The notes beneath the pieces were generated by a model. That model searched no databases and was not told the DNA's origin. It saw only the letters and a program-made list of their open reading frames with translations. A stretch of 64,000 nt of DNA. It comes from Planctomycetota bacterium (lineage in GTDB: Bacteria; Planctomycetota; JAJSAM01; JAJVHW01). Below are positions 19,883 to 29,729 of the stretch, piece after piece (the first letter of the stretch is position 1; every line of letters begins with the position of its first letter). The translations under genes were made by a program, and so were the position numbers. The DNA lies in the NCBI GenBank assembly GCA_022072415.1, contig JAJVHW010000063.1:12358-76357 (forward strand). Direction: 5' to 3'.

Positions 19883-21469
19883 ATGATGCGACGCACACCG
19901 ATCCGCGCAGTCCTCCTCGCCGCCACCGGCGCAGCGGTCGTTCTCGCCGGAGACGCCGGCACCGCCGTCTCGGCCCCCCGGGACCGCGCGCGCAGCGCGT
20001 CCCCCGACGCCGCGCAGACGAAGCGTTTCGCGACCGGAGAGGTCCGCGACCGCGGCGGAGCCGCCCGCTCGCGAGGCGAACAGCCCGACCGCCGACGCGG
20101 CGGCGCCGCCGCGCGGAGCGGCCGTGAACGGAGCGAGGACCTGCGCCCCCGCGCGATCTTCGGCGCCGACGACCGCTTCCCCGTCCTCGACCCCACCGCG
20201 TATCCGTACGCGGCCGTCTGCAAGGTGTTCGCCGAGTTCCCGTACGGCGACGTCCTCGAGGGGAGCGCGATCCTCGTGAGCGAGCGGCACGCGCTCACCG
20301 CGGGGCACGTGATCCACGACGCCGCGCTCGGCGGCTTCGCGGAGCGGGTCACGGTGATCCCCGCCTACGACTTCGGCGACGCGCCGTTCGGCTCGTTCGA
20401 GGCCGCCGACGTCACCGCCTTCACCGGATGGACCCGCGACCGCGACTTCGACTGGGACGTCGCGCTCCTCGCGCTCGACGGCGACCCCGGCTACGACACT
20501 GGATGGCTCGGCTTCGGCGCGTACGCCGACACGACCCTCGCCGGCGCGACCGTCCACACCGCCGGCTACCCCGCGGACCGCGACGCCGGACGCGCCATGT
20601 GGGGCGCGAGCGGCATCGCCGAGTCGGTCCTCCCGGGCCAGGTCCAGTTCCGCGGCGCGCTCGACGCGGCCCGCGGCCAGAGCGGGAGCGGACTGTGGCT
20701 CCGGTTCAGCGACGGACGCTACGTCGCCGGGATCGTGTCGAGCGAGACCTCGACCTGGAACCGCGCCACCCGCATCACCGAGCCGATGTTCGACGCGCTC
20801 GCGGCGTGGATGGACGAGGAACTCCTCCCCGACTTCCGCCCCGTGTCGGTCGGCGCGCTGCCGGCCGAGGTGTTCGCGCCGCACGCGGCGACGATCCCGG
20901 TCGCCGTCGTCAACGAGGGCGCCGCGCCGGCCTCGACCGACGTCGCGCTCTTCGCCCGCGACGGGCTCTACGCGCGCACCGAGATCGGCCGCGCCCGCGT
21001 CCACGTGCCGGCGGGATCGACGGTCACCGCGTACGTCCAGGCGAACGTGCGTCCGGCGCTCGCCGGAGCCTCGTACGACCTCGTCGCCGAGGTGAACCCC
21101 GAGGACGAGGTCGCCGAGTCGGAGACCGCCGACGACGCGATCGCGGGACGCGAGTTCGCGGTGATGCCCGACTTCGCGCTGCTCGCGCCGTTCGCGACCG
21201 CGTACCGCTCGATGGAGCCCGGTGCGATCGACCGCTTCGTCCTCGACGTGCCCGCCGGCGCGTCGTTGCTCCGCCTCGTGCTGACAGGCGCGTTCGACGC
21301 CGCCGCCGAGGTCCGCCGCCCCGACGGCTCGACCGAGCTCCTCGTCTCGGGCCGTCGGAACGCCGTCGCCGAGTTCGCGCCGGCACCCGGCCGCTGGGAG
21401 ATCGACCTCCGCCGTCCTCTCGACGGCACCCGCATCCGCACCGCCCGGCTCCGGGCGGTCGTCCGATGA
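19883..21469 (+). CDS. Secreted trypsin-like (S1, glutamyl-endopeptidase/V8-like) serine protease with C-terminal beta-sandwich domains
   Basis: Signal peptide present. Catalytic triad contexts are LTAGHV (His), DVALLAL (Asp) and GQSGSGLW (Ser). The C-terminal halves resemble CARDB and pre-peptidase C-terminal-type domains. Confidence 0.8.
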   Translation: MMRRTPIRAVLLAATGAAVVLAGDAGTAVSAPRDRARSASPDAAQTKRFATGEVRDRGGAARSRGEQPDRRRGGAAARSGRERSEDLRPRAIFGADDRFPVLDPTAYPYAAVCKVFAEFPYGDVLEGSAILVSERHALTAGHVIHDAALGGFAERVTVIPAYDFGDAPFGSFEAADVTAFTGWTRDRDFDWDVALLALDGDPGYDTGWLGFGAYADTTLAGATVHTAGYPADRDAGRAMWGASGIAESVLPGQVQFRGALDAARGQSGSGLWLRFSDGRYVAGIVSSETSTWNRATRITEPMFDALAAWMDEELLPDFRPVSVGALPAEVFAPHAATIPVAVVNEGAAPASTDVALFARDGLYARTEIGRARVHVPAGSTVTAYVQANVRPALAGASYDLVAEVNPEDEVAESETADDAIAGREFAVMPDFALLAPFATAYRSMEPGAIDRFVLDVPAGASLLRLVLTGAFDAAAEVRRPDGSTELLVSGRRNAVAEFAPAPGRWEIDLRRPLDGTRIRTARLRAVVR

Positions 21470-21540
21470 CGCGGCGTCGCTGACCTCGGGCCCTCGAAAC
21501 GGAGCCGCCGTTCTCTCAAGTCGAGAGAGGCGGCTTCCCG

Positions 21541-23355
21541 ATGTTGCGGGCGATGGGTCACTGCACACGCTGCGGACACTGGGCCGGACGGCACGACGAA
21601 CCGTGCCCCCACTGCGGCGTCGGCCCCGCCATGAAGTCGGCCGACACCGCCGCGCCGACGTCCCGCGTCATCGCCGAGATCGATGCCGCGATCGACGCCA
21701 TCGCGCGCCCGACCGCCGCCGAGGCGCCCAAGCGCCCCAGCGTGTCGCCCGCCGTGTCGAAGTGGATGACCGAGCTCGAGCAGTCGCCGATCTTCCGCGA
21801 CGTCTCGAACCCCCGCACCGCGGCGCTCGCGCGCGCCGCCGAGTCTCCGCCGCTCCGCACTGCCGAGCCCCTCGACCGCGTCGTGGACGCGGACACCGCC
21901 ACCGGCGACATCCCCGAGAACGTCCTCACCTTCGACGAGGTGGCCGCGACCGAGGCGCAGGCGGCGCCCCCCGTGCTCGAGCCCGCGCCGGACTCCGGCC
22001 CGGTGCTCGAGCCGATGTCCGCCGACGACTCCGAGGCACCGGTGCTCCGGCCCGTCGAGTTCGCCGACGACGACGAATCGCCCGACACGACCGCCGACAT
22101 CGAGCCCGTGGTCGCCGTCACGTCGTCGTGCGACATCGCGAGCGCCCCGCGCCGCGAGGAGCCGATCGCGCACGTGCTCGTCACGTTCTCGCCGGCCGGT
22201 CCGCCGGTCATCGACCCGAAGGCGGGTCCCGTCGCGCACGTGATCCTGGCGCTCGACGTGTCGGGCAGCATGAACCGCGCCGACAAGTACCCGCTCCTCA
22301 CGCAGGCGCTCTCCGAGATGCTCTACGACCTGAAGCGCCCCGGCGCGCCGGACGTGCTGCTCTCGGTGGTGCTCTTCGCGTACGGCGCGGAGACCGTCCT
22401 CCGCGACGTGCCCGCGTCGAAGCTCGATCCGCGAGAGGTGCTGCGGAAGATCGACCAGAGCAAGCTCCGCTTCGGCCGCTACACCGACGTCGTCGGCGCG
22501 CTGGGCCGCGCCGGGAGGATCGCGTACGACGCGGTCAGGACGAACAAGGCGATGCCGGTCCGCATCTTCCTGCTGACCGACGGCCGCCCGCAGGACATGG
22601 AGGGCGCGCGCGCCGTCGTCGAGCGCATCCGCAAGATGCCCGTGGACGTGGACGGCTTCGCGTTCGGGGTGGACGCCGACGTCGGCGCGCTCCAGGAACT
22701 CGTCTCCGGCGGCCGCGGCGGCACGGTGAAGCAGATCCGCTCCGACACGATCGTCGAGGCGTTCGGCCGCATCCCCGAGGCCGCGGCGCGCGTCGTCGCG
22801 AGCAAGGCCATCGTGGACGTGGAGCTCGCGCCGGGCGTGGTCGGCGGGTCCGTGTGGCGCTACCGCCCCGGCCGTCACCGCTTCACCGACGCGTTCGCCG
22901 GAGGTCCGCGGTTCACGACCGATCTCGGCACGCTCGAGGCCGGACGCACGTACTCGATGCTCCTCCAGGTCCGCCTGCCCGAGGCCAGGGGCGACGAGTC
23001 GCCCGTCGGCCGCGTGACGGTCCGCATCCCCGGATGGGGCGGCCCGCGCACGTTCGAGGCGCACCTCGCCGTGGGCCGTCACGAGGGCGGCGCCACGCAC
23101 TCGCTCGAGGGCGAGGCCGCGACGGCCCGCGACGTCCTCGCCGCGATGGGCGACGCCGACCCCAGGGAGCAGCTCCGCGCGCTGAAGATCCGCCGCCAGA
23201 TCTACGCCGCCGAGCGCCGCGACCCCGAGATCATCGCAGTCATCTCGCGCGCGATCGCCGAGCTCGAGGAGAAGGGCACCCTCGCCGCCCTCTCCGGCTC
23301 CGACCAGGCCGCGCTGATGTCGCACACGTGCACGATGACGATCAGCCGGAAGTAG
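21541..23355 (+). CDS. Zinc-ribbon / von Willebrand factor A (vWA) domain protein
   Basis: N-terminal CTRCGHWAGRHDEPCPHCG (CxxC...CxxC). A long acidic linker follows. vWA domain with MIDAS LALDVSGSM, VVLFAYGAE and IFLLTDGRP. A C-terminal beta-rich domain is also present. Confidence 0.8.
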   Translation: MLRAMGHCTRCGHWAGRHDEPCPHCGVGPAMKSADTAAPTSRVIAEIDAAIDAIARPTAAEAPKRPSVSPAVSKWMTELEQSPIFRDVSNPRTAALARAAESPPLRTAEPLDRVVDADTATGDIPENVLTFDEVAATEAQAAPPVLEPAPDSGPVLEPMSADDSEAPVLRPVEFADDDESPDTTADIEPVVAVTSSCDIASAPRREEPIAHVLVTFSPAGPPVIDPKAGPVAHVILALDVSGSMNRADKYPLLTQALSEMLYDLKRPGAPDVLLSVVLFAYGAETVLRDVPASKLDPREVLRKIDQSKLRFGRYTDVVGALGRAGRIAYDAVRTNKAMPVRIFLLTDGRPQDMEGARAVVERIRKMPVDVDGFAFGVDADVGALQELVSGGRGGTVKQIRSDTIVEAFGRIPEAAARVVASKAIVDVELAPGVVGGSVWRYRPGRHRFTDAFAGGPRFTTDLGTLEAGRTYSMLLQVRLPEARGDESPVGRVTVRIPGWGGPRTFEAHLAVGRHEGGATHSLEGEAATARDVLAAMGDADPREQLRALKIRRQIYAAERRDPEIIAVISRAIAELEEKGTLAALSGSDQAALMSHTCTMTISRK

Positions 23356-23435
23356 CGGCACGCGTCCTCGCCGGGCGCGCTTGCCCGGCGAATTCGTGCG
23401 CATCGTCGGCGCGCGGGCGGAGTTAGGCTCCGCCG

Positions 23436-24923
23436 ATGGCCGCAGCGCGTCCGAAGGTCGAGCCGCTGACGGATGCCGACCTCTCGGAGGACCTGACGGG
23501 CGCCGTGGACGCCGCCGGCCGCCGTACCGGATGGTGGAGCACGCCCCAGGGGCCCGACGGCGCCACGATGTCCGTCCCGTTCGTGGAGGGCCGCGCGCAC
23601 GGCGTGTCCGTCGTGAGGCGGGCCGACGGCGCTCCGGTGGCCGAGTGGACGTGGGTCGAAGGCGTGGCCCACGGGCCGCATCGAATCTGGCATGCCACTT
23701 CGCGGCTCGCCGAAGATCACACGTTCGAGAACGGGTTCATGGCCGGCGTCTCGCGCAGCTTCGACGAGGAAGGACGGCTGTTCGCGGAGCGGGAGATGCA
23801 AGCGGGCCTGGCGCACGGGAAGGAGCGTCTCTACCTTCCGGACGGCACGCTGTTCGGCGTTCGCGAGTACGCGAACGGGCTGCCGCACGGCCGCGACGTG
23901 ATGTTCGACGGCCAGGGGCGGACCACCCACGAGCGGACACACTTCCACGGGACGCCCGACGGCGACGAGCGGTTGGGCCCGCTGCGCGCGACGTGGCGGC
24001 ACGGAGCGCTGATCCGCTCAGACTTCCGGTTCATCGACGAAGTCGGCGCGCCGGCGCCGACGCCGTTCCTGCGGATCCTCTTCGCGGCCTTCGTCGTCGC
24101 GGTCCTCGCATGGCACACGCCGGGGCTCACTGCGACCCTTCTCGGGATCGGGGCGGCGATCTGGATCCACGAAGCCGGACACGCCGCCGCCGCACGCCGC
24201 GCGGGAATCCCCGTCGCGTTCCTGCGCGTCGGCTTCGGGCCTCTCGTCGCGCGGTGGATGCGCGGGAACCGCGTCACCGAACTCCGCCTGGTGCCGATCT
24301 TCGGCTTCGTCGCGCCCACGCAGGTTCGGCCCTCGGCGATGCCGCTCGTCTCCGCCGCGATCCGCGGCGAGCCCGAGCCGCGCGGCGTCCGCGTGGATCC
24401 CGACGAGGCTCCGGAACCCGCATCCGAGCGCGCGCCGCCGCTGCGCCGCCTGACGTACGAACTCGGCGGCGTGGCCGCGAACCTGCTCACGGCGTTCGTC
24501 GCGCGCTGGTTGTCGCACGACCCGGGAGACCCGGTGGCCGCGGCGGCGTGGTGCGGACGGATGGCGCTGCGCATGCTCGCGGCGGTCCCCGCGGCGCTCG
24601 CGTCGCTCTTCGACTTCTCGGCGTGGGTCGGCGGGCAGGACGGGCTGCTCGCCGCGGGCGACGCCGAGGTGACGTCGTTCGGCATCGCCGTCCAGATGTT
24701 CGGGGTCGTGTCCCTCATCCTCTTCTCGTTCAACCTCGCGCCGATTCCTCCGCTCGACGGGTACAGGGCGCTCCTCTCCCTCTTCGAGGCGGCGACGGGA
24801 CGCCGTCCGCCCGAAGCCGCGACGAAGTGGATGCAACGGATCGGCGTCGCCCTGTTCGCGCTGCTTGCCGTGGGCGGCCTCTGGCACATGGGCAGAGACC
24901 TGTTCAACGTGCTCACGAAGTGA
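23436..24923 (+). CDS. MORN-variant-repeat (YwqK-like) domain fused to an M50 site-2 metalloprotease
   Basis: The N-terminal ~190 aa carry repeated G-x-HG units (EGRAHGVSV, EGVAHGPHRIW, AGLAHGKERLY, NGLPHGRDVMF). The TM region contains HEAGH (24168..24182) and the NLAPIPPLDGY motif of the M50/S2P family. Confidence 0.8.
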   Translation: MAAARPKVEPLTDADLSEDLTGAVDAAGRRTGWWSTPQGPDGATMSVPFVEGRAHGVSVVRRADGAPVAEWTWVEGVAHGPHRIWHATSRLAEDHTFENGFMAGVSRSFDEEGRLFAEREMQAGLAHGKERLYLPDGTLFGVREYANGLPHGRDVMFDGQGRTTHERTHFHGTPDGDERLGPLRATWRHGALIRSDFRFIDEVGAPAPTPFLRILFAAFVVAVLAWHTPGLTATLLGIGAAIWIHEAGHAAAARRAGIPVAFLRVGFGPLVARWMRGNRVTELRLVPIFGFVAPTQVRPSAMPLVSAAIRGEPEPRGVRVDPDEAPEPASERAPPLRRLTYELGGVAANLLTAFVARWLSHDPGDPVAAAAWCGRMALRMLAAVPAALASLFDFSAWVGGQDGLLAAGDAEVTSFGIAVQMFGVVSLILFSFNLAPIPPLDGYRALLSLFEAATGRRPPEAATKWMQRIGVALFALLAVGGLWHMGRDLFNVLTK

Positions 24924-24926
24924 CGT

Positions 24927-25829
24927 TCACCTCAGATCGTCGAGCGTCGCCGGCCAGTCGTCCTTCAGGAGCCGCGAGAGCGCGCGGTCGCGGAGGATCC
25001 GCCCCTCGGTCTGGCACCACGGGCAGTAGTTGGCCTCGCGCTCGCCCGACACGATGCGCTGCACCGGCGCGCCGCACGCCGGGCACGGCAGCCCGCGCCG
25101 CCCGTGGACGGCCATGCCGTCGCGGAACGCCGTGACCTTGCGGGGGATGCCGCCCTCGGCCGACGCCGCCTCGCGAAGCCGCGCCGTCCACTCGCCGAGC
25201 ACCTCCGGGATCGCGGCGACGAAGCGCGTCCACTCCTCGCCGCTGAGCTGAGACGTGCGCCGCATGGGCGAGAGCCGCGCGCGGTGGAGGATCTCGTCGG
25301 AGTACGCGTTCCCGATCCCGGCGACGATCCGCCCGTCGGTGAGCGCGCGCTTCAGCGTGTGATCGCGGGCGGCGAGCGACGCGCGGAGGGCGGCCGCGCC
25401 GCAGGTCATCGGATCGACGCCGCCGGGGTCGAGCGCAGCAAGCGCCGAGTCGCCGCGGACGACGTGCACGGAGGCGCGCCGCGTGGAGCCCGCCTCCGTG
25501 AGGACGAGCGCCTCCGCGGGGAAGTCGAGGGCGAGCAGGCCGATCCGTCCCGGCCCGGACGCCCCGCGCTTCGCGAGCTGGAACCGCCCCGCAAGCATGA
25601 GATGGAACGCGGCGTGGAGACGCTCCGCCGCGCCGCCCTCGGTCGTCATCACGATCCGCTTCGCCCTCCGCGCGAAGCCCGTCACCCGTCTCTGTTCGAG
25701 CGCGCGGATCGGCGGGTCCACCGTGCGGACGGTGAAGACGCTCCGCACGCGCACCGAATCGACGGGCTCGCCGGCGAACCGCAGCGTGAGCCGCTCCGCG
25801 TACACCTGGAGGTCGGGGATCTCGGGCAC
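24927..25829 (-). CDS. Fpg/Nei-family DNA glycosylase / AP lyase
   Basis: N-terminus MPEIPDLQ (catalytic Pro2/Glu3). H2TH segment LTDGRIVAGIGNAYSDEILHRARLSP. C-terminal zinc finger CPACGAPVQRIVSGEREANYCPWCQ. Confidence 0.85.
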   Translation of the reverse strand: MPEIPDLQVYAERLTLRFAGEPVDSVRVRSVFTVRTVDPPIRALEQRRVTGFARRAKRIVMTTEGGAAERLHAAFHLMLAGRFQLAKRGASGPGRIGLLALDFPAEALVLTEAGSTRRASVHVVRGDSALAALDPGGVDPMTCGAAALRASLAARDHTLKRALTDGRIVAGIGNAYSDEILHRARLSPMRRTSQLSGEEWTRFVAAIPEVLGEWTARLREAASAEGGIPRKVTAFRDGMAVHGRRGLPCPACGAPVQRIVSGEREANYCPWCQTEGRILRDRALSRLLKDDWPATLDDLR

Positions 25830-25874
25830 GGCACGACGCTACGCCCCGCCCGCCGCGCGGCCGAAATAGGAGGC

Positions 25875-27479
25875 ATGGACCCGCGGCCCGCCGAACGCAC
25901 CGGACCGAGCGCGCGCGTGGCGGCAGCCGCGGTCGCGGTCGTCGCCGTGTTCGCGCACGTGTGGAGCCTCGGCGGCGGGTTCCTCAACTGGGACGACAAC
26001 GAGTACGTCACCGGGAACGCGGAACTGCGGCTCCCGGCCGGCGACGCGGCCGCGCGGATCGCGACGACCCACCTGATCGGCAACTGGAACCCGCTCCAGC
26101 GGTGGACGTACCTCGCGGAGTGGAAGCTCTTCGGCGATGCGCCGCTCGCGTTCCGCGCGACGAACCTGGCGCTTCACGCCGCGTGCGCGGTGCTCGCGTT
26201 CCTCGTCCTCGATGCGTGGCTGCGCGGGAAGCTCCGCACTCCGGCGGGCGCGCGATGGACCGCGCTGATCGGCGCCGCGGCGTTCGCGGCGCACCCGGCG
26301 AACGTCGAGAACGTGTCGTGGATCTCGGAGCGGAAGTCGCTCCTCGCCGCCTTGTTCGGGCTCGCGTCGGCGTGGGCGTGGCTCCGGGCCGACGGCCGCA
26401 CGGGACTCCGCGCCGCGTCGCTCGCGCTGTTCGGAGTCGGCATGCTCGGGAAGACGAGCATCGTCGTGCTCCCTGCGCTGCTCGTGCTTCTCGACCTCTC
26501 CCGTAGCCGCCGCCCGGCGTGGGTGTGGATGTGCGGATTCGCCGCGGTCGCGGCGGGGCCCGCGTGGATGCAGATCTCGGCTGCGAGGAGCGCCATCCAA
26601 CCGCTCCACGGCGGCTCGCCGGCGGCGCACGCGGCGACCGTGCTCGGCGTGCTGCCCGGCTATGCCGCCCAGATCGTGCTGCCGGTGGGGCTCGCGCCGC
26701 GGCATCTCGTCGATCCGGTCACGTCGGGCGCGGACATGCGGCCGTGGGCCGGCCTCGCGCTGCTCGCCGCGTGCGTCGTCGCGACCGTGCGGTCGTTCCG
26801 CGGCGCGCGCGTCGCGATGGTCGCGATCCCGTGGACGATCGCGGTGCTGCTCGTCACGCTGGTCGTGCCGATCCCGATCCTGCGCGCGGACCGGTACCTC
26901 TACCTCGCGCTCCCGTTCGCGGCGGCGGCCGTCGCGGCGTGCGCGGTCGGGGCGGCGGATCGGCGGGGGAGCGGCGTCACGGCGCGGTTCGTCGGCGTCG
27001 CGGCCGTTGTCGTGGTCGCGCTCGGCGCGGCCTCCGCGTCGTACGCGCGGGTCTGGCGGAGTTCCGTGGATCTCTGGCTCCATCAGCTCTCGAAGCACCC
27101 GACCGACGCGCGGGCGTGGTTCTCGCTCGGCAGCGCGTACGGCGAAGCCGGCCGGAACGCGGAGTGCCGCGCCGCGTACGGCGAGGTGCTGCGGCTCGAT
27201 CCGCAGCGGCGGGAGCCGTTCACGCGGCACGCGATCGACGGGATCGCATGGCTCGACCTCGCGGAGGGCCGCGCGGCCGACGTGGAGCGCGGTGCCGCGG
27301 CGAGGGTCGCGGCGGACCCGAGCGACGCGCCGGCGTGGTTGCTCCTCGCGGGGGCGCAGGAGACGCAGGGCCGCATCGAGTCCGCCGCGATGACGTGGAT
27401 CGCGGCGTCCGCAGCGTGCCCGGGCGACCCCGAGATCGCCGCGAACGCGGCGGCGTTCACGGAGCGACGCAGGAAGTGA
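25875..27479 (+). CDS. Polytopic membrane protein with C-terminal TPR repeats (PMT/ArnT-like glycosyltransferase-type architecture)
   Basis: Internal ATG of ORF 25104..27479, preceded by AGGAGG. The N-terminus has FLNWDDNEYV, and ~10 hydrophobic segments follow. C-terminal TPRs: AWFSLGSAYGEAGRNAECRAAYGEVLRLDP, AWLLLAGAQETQGR. Confidence 0.75.
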   Translation: MDPRPAERTGPSARVAAAAVAVVAVFAHVWSLGGGFLNWDDNEYVTGNAELRLPAGDAAARIATTHLIGNWNPLQRWTYLAEWKLFGDAPLAFRATNLALHAACAVLAFLVLDAWLRGKLRTPAGARWTALIGAAAFAAHPANVENVSWISERKSLLAALFGLASAWAWLRADGRTGLRAASLALFGVGMLGKTSIVVLPALLVLLDLSRSRRPAWVWMCGFAAVAAGPAWMQISAARSAIQPLHGGSPAAHAATVLGVLPGYAAQIVLPVGLAPRHLVDPVTSGADMRPWAGLALLAACVVATVRSFRGARVAMVAIPWTIAVLLVTLVVPIPILRADRYLYLALPFAAAAVAACAVGAADRRGSGVTARFVGVAAVVVVALGAASASYARVWRSSVDLWLHQLSKHPTDARAWFSLGSAYGEAGRNAECRAAYGEVLRLDPQRREPFTRHAIDGIAWLDLAEGRAADVERGAAARVAADPSDAPAWLLLAGAQETQGRIESAAMTWIAASAACPGDPEIAANAAAFTERRRK

Positions 27480-27714
27480 CGCGGCGACCCGGATCGCGTT
27501 CCGGGTCTCCTCGAACGACGCACGGCGTGCGTGAACGCTGGGTTCGGGACGCGCGGCTCGAACCTCCCGCGGCTCCGGCGCTCACCGGAGATCGTCGGGA
27601 GTCCCAGCGTCCGTCGGGTCGATGCCGTCGGCGTCCGTCGCGACGCGCACCGTCCATCACCGCGGCAGGAGGCTCTCGTCTCCTCCGCGCGGACCCGGCG
27701 CCTCGAGCGTCCCG

Positions 27715-29001
27715 CTACCCCGCCGCGAGCTTCGCCACCCGCGCGTCGACGTCCGCATCGCTCGCGCGGCCGCGCAGCACGTCGTCCACCACGCGCGCCA
27801 CCTCGCGGAACTCCGCCTCGCCGAGTCCGCGCGTCGTCATCGCGGGCGTGCCGAGCCGGATGCCGCTCGGCTTCGTGGCGGGGCGCGTGTCGAACGGGAT
27901 CAGGTTCTTGTTCGCGTAGATCCGCCGCCGCGCGAGGCGCTCCTGGGCTTCCGCGCCGTCGAGCACGCCGCCGAGGTCCACGAGGAGGAGATGGTTGTCC
28001 GTCCCGCCGGTCACCAGCCGCCAGCCGCGCGCGCTGAGTTCCTCGCCGAGGACCCGCGCGTTCGCGAGCACCCGCTCCTGGTACGCGCGGAAGCTCGGCT
28101 GGAGGCCCTCGTGGAACGCCACGGCCTTCCCCGCGATCTCGTGCTCGAGCGGACCGCCCTGGAGGCCCGGGAACACGGCCGAGTCCACGGCCTTCTGGTG
28201 CTCGCCGCGGCAGAAGACGAGCCCTCCGCGCGGGCCGCGGAGCGTCTTGTGCGTGGTCGTCGTCACGAAGTCCGCGTGCCCGAACGGGGTCGGGTGGAGC
28301 CCCGCGGCGACGAGCCCCGCGATGTGCGCGATGTCCGCGTGGAGCAGCGCGCCGACCGATCGCGCGATCTCGCCGAACTTCGAGAAGTCGATCGTGCGCG
28401 GATAGGCCGACGCGCCGGCCACGATGAGCCGCGGCGTCATCTCGCGCGCCTGCCCGAGGATCGCGTCGTAGTCGAGGCGGTCGCTCGACTGCGAGAGCGA
28501 GTAGAACGCGGCCTTGTAGAGCTTCCCCGACTGGTTCAGGCGGAAGCCGTGCGAGAGGTGCCCGCCCTGGTTCAGGTCGAGCGCGAGGATCGTGTCGCCG
28601 GGCTTCAGCGCGGCGAGGTACACGGCGAGGTTCGCCTGCGTCCCCGAGTGCGGCTGCACGTTCACGTGGTAGTCGGTCGAGAAGAGGGCCTGCGCGCGCT
28701 TCTGCGCGAGCGCCTCGACCTGGTCCGCGACCTCGCAGCCGGAGTAGTACCGGCGTCCCGGCGTGCCCTCTGCGTACTTGTTCGTGAGCACCGAACCGAC
28801 CGCCTCGCGCACCGCGGCCGAGGCGATGTTCTCCGACGCGATGAGCTGGAGCCCGAGCGTCTGGCGGCGGTCCTCGTCGCGGACGAGCGCGGCGACCTCG
28901 GGGTCGATCTCCGCGAGCGGCTTGGCGCGCGGGCAGGAACCGGACGACGTGCAGGAGGCCGCGCCGTCGGACTGCGCGGAGTGCGGGTGAAGTGCGGTCA
29001 T
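27715..29001 (-). CDS. glyA: Serine hydroxymethyltransferase
   Basis: LIASENIAS, TNKYAEGTPGRRYYSGCE and TTTTHKTLRGPRGG (PLP-lysine motif). The start is placed at MTALHPH (ATG ending at 29001). The longer 490-aa ORF N-terminus is Arg/Pro shadow. Confidence 0.95.
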   Translation of the reverse strand: MTALHPHSAQSDGAASCTSSGSCPRAKPLAEIDPEVAALVRDEDRRQTLGLQLIASENIASAAVREAVGSVLTNKYAEGTPGRRYYSGCEVADQVEALAQKRAQALFSTDYHVNVQPHSGTQANLAVYLAALKPGDTILALDLNQGGHLSHGFRLNQSGKLYKAAFYSLSQSSDRLDYDAILGQAREMTPRLIVAGASAYPRTIDFSKFGEIARSVGALLHADIAHIAGLVAAGLHPTPFGHADFVTTTTHKTLRGPRGGLVFCRGEHQKAVDSAVFPGLQGGPLEHEIAGKAVAFHEGLQPSFRAYQERVLANARVLGEELSARGWRLVTGGTDNHLLLVDLGGVLDGAEAQERLARRRIYANKNLIPFDTRPATKPSGIRLGTPAMTTRGLGEAEFREVARVVDDVLRGRASDADVDARVAKLAAG

Positions 29002-29051
29002 GGAACGCGCATCGTCGCGCGGGGGCGGCCCGCGGCGGGTAGGATTTCGAC

Positions 29052-29669
29052 GTGCAGCCCGCCGCCCCGCGCACTGTCTGCCGCCGAACCGCGCTCTCGC
29101 GGGCACTCCGGGGCGCGTGCCCGGCGTGCGGTGGGTCCCGCGTGTTCCCGGGAGGGGACGCGCCGCCGCCCGGCGCGTCGGCCGCATCGCGCGCGTGGCT
29201 CCGGCTCGCCGCGGCGTTCCGCCACGCGTCCGCGTGTCCCGCGTGCGGATGGAAGTTCGACCGCGGACCCGGCCACTGGGTGGGCGGGAACGAGATCAAC
29301 CTGCTCGTCACGTACCCCGTGTCGGTCGCCGCGTTCGCGGCTCCCGCCGTCGCGATCGGCCCGAGCTTCTGGACGGCCGCGGTCGGCGGCGTCGTCGCGC
29401 TGCTGCTCGGATTCGCCGTGCACCGGCCGTCGCGGTGCCTCTTCTTCGCGATGGACTACCTGGTCGACCCCGACGACGCATCGCCGTCCGGTCCGCCGGG
29501 CGGCTTCGACAGCGACGCGCCGCCGCCGCGCCGCGACCCGCCGCCGCCGGGAGGAGTCCGCATCGCGCTCCCGATCCCGACGCCCGCGCCGGCGGGCGAC
29601 GTGGAGCGGGTCCGCATCCCTGCGCCATCCGCGCCGCCGGAGCCCGTTCCCGGCGGCCGGTCCTTCTGA
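29052..29669 (+). CDS. DUF983-like zinc-ribbon membrane protein with a Pro-rich tail
   Basis: Two CPACG motifs (CPACGGSRVF ... CPACGWKFDRGPG) are followed by two TM segments, as in DUF983. The C-terminus is Pro-rich. Confidence 0.5.
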   Translation: MQPAAPRTVCRRTALSRALRGACPACGGSRVFPGGDAPPPGASAASRAWLRLAAAFRHASACPACGWKFDRGPGHWVGGNEINLLVTYPVSVAAFAAPAVAIGPSFWTAAVGGVVALLLGFAVHRPSRCLFFAMDYLVDPDDASPSGPPGGFDSDAPPPRRDPPPPGGVRIALPIPTPAPAGDVERVRIPAPSAPPEPVPGGRSF

Positions 29670-29729
29670 GGCCGCGCCGGTCCTGGGCGCCGCCCGCAGA
29701 CGGAGCGCGTGCGAGCCGCCGCCCCCCGG

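Noticed and set aside
17866-20352. An 828-aa minus-strand ORF across the HMA-lipoprotein / ParB-peptide / protease region
   Set aside because: Arg/Gly/Pro-rich with no motifs. It is antisense to three plus-strand genes that have proper signal peptides, motifs and GC3 bias.
24920-24930. Convergent stop codons of the M50 protease and Fpg genes separated by only 3 nt, with a small gtga...tcac symmetry
   Set aside because: A 4-bp stem is trivial. No functional signal can be supported beyond very tight gene packing.
27715-29187. A longer 490-aa version of glyA starting at 29187, and a longer TrpB2 start at 44701
   Set aside because: The N-terminal extensions are Arg/Pro-rich or lack an SD. Conserved SHMT and TrpB2 sequence begins at the internal ATGs (29001 and 44755; the latter has GGAAGGGAG upstream).
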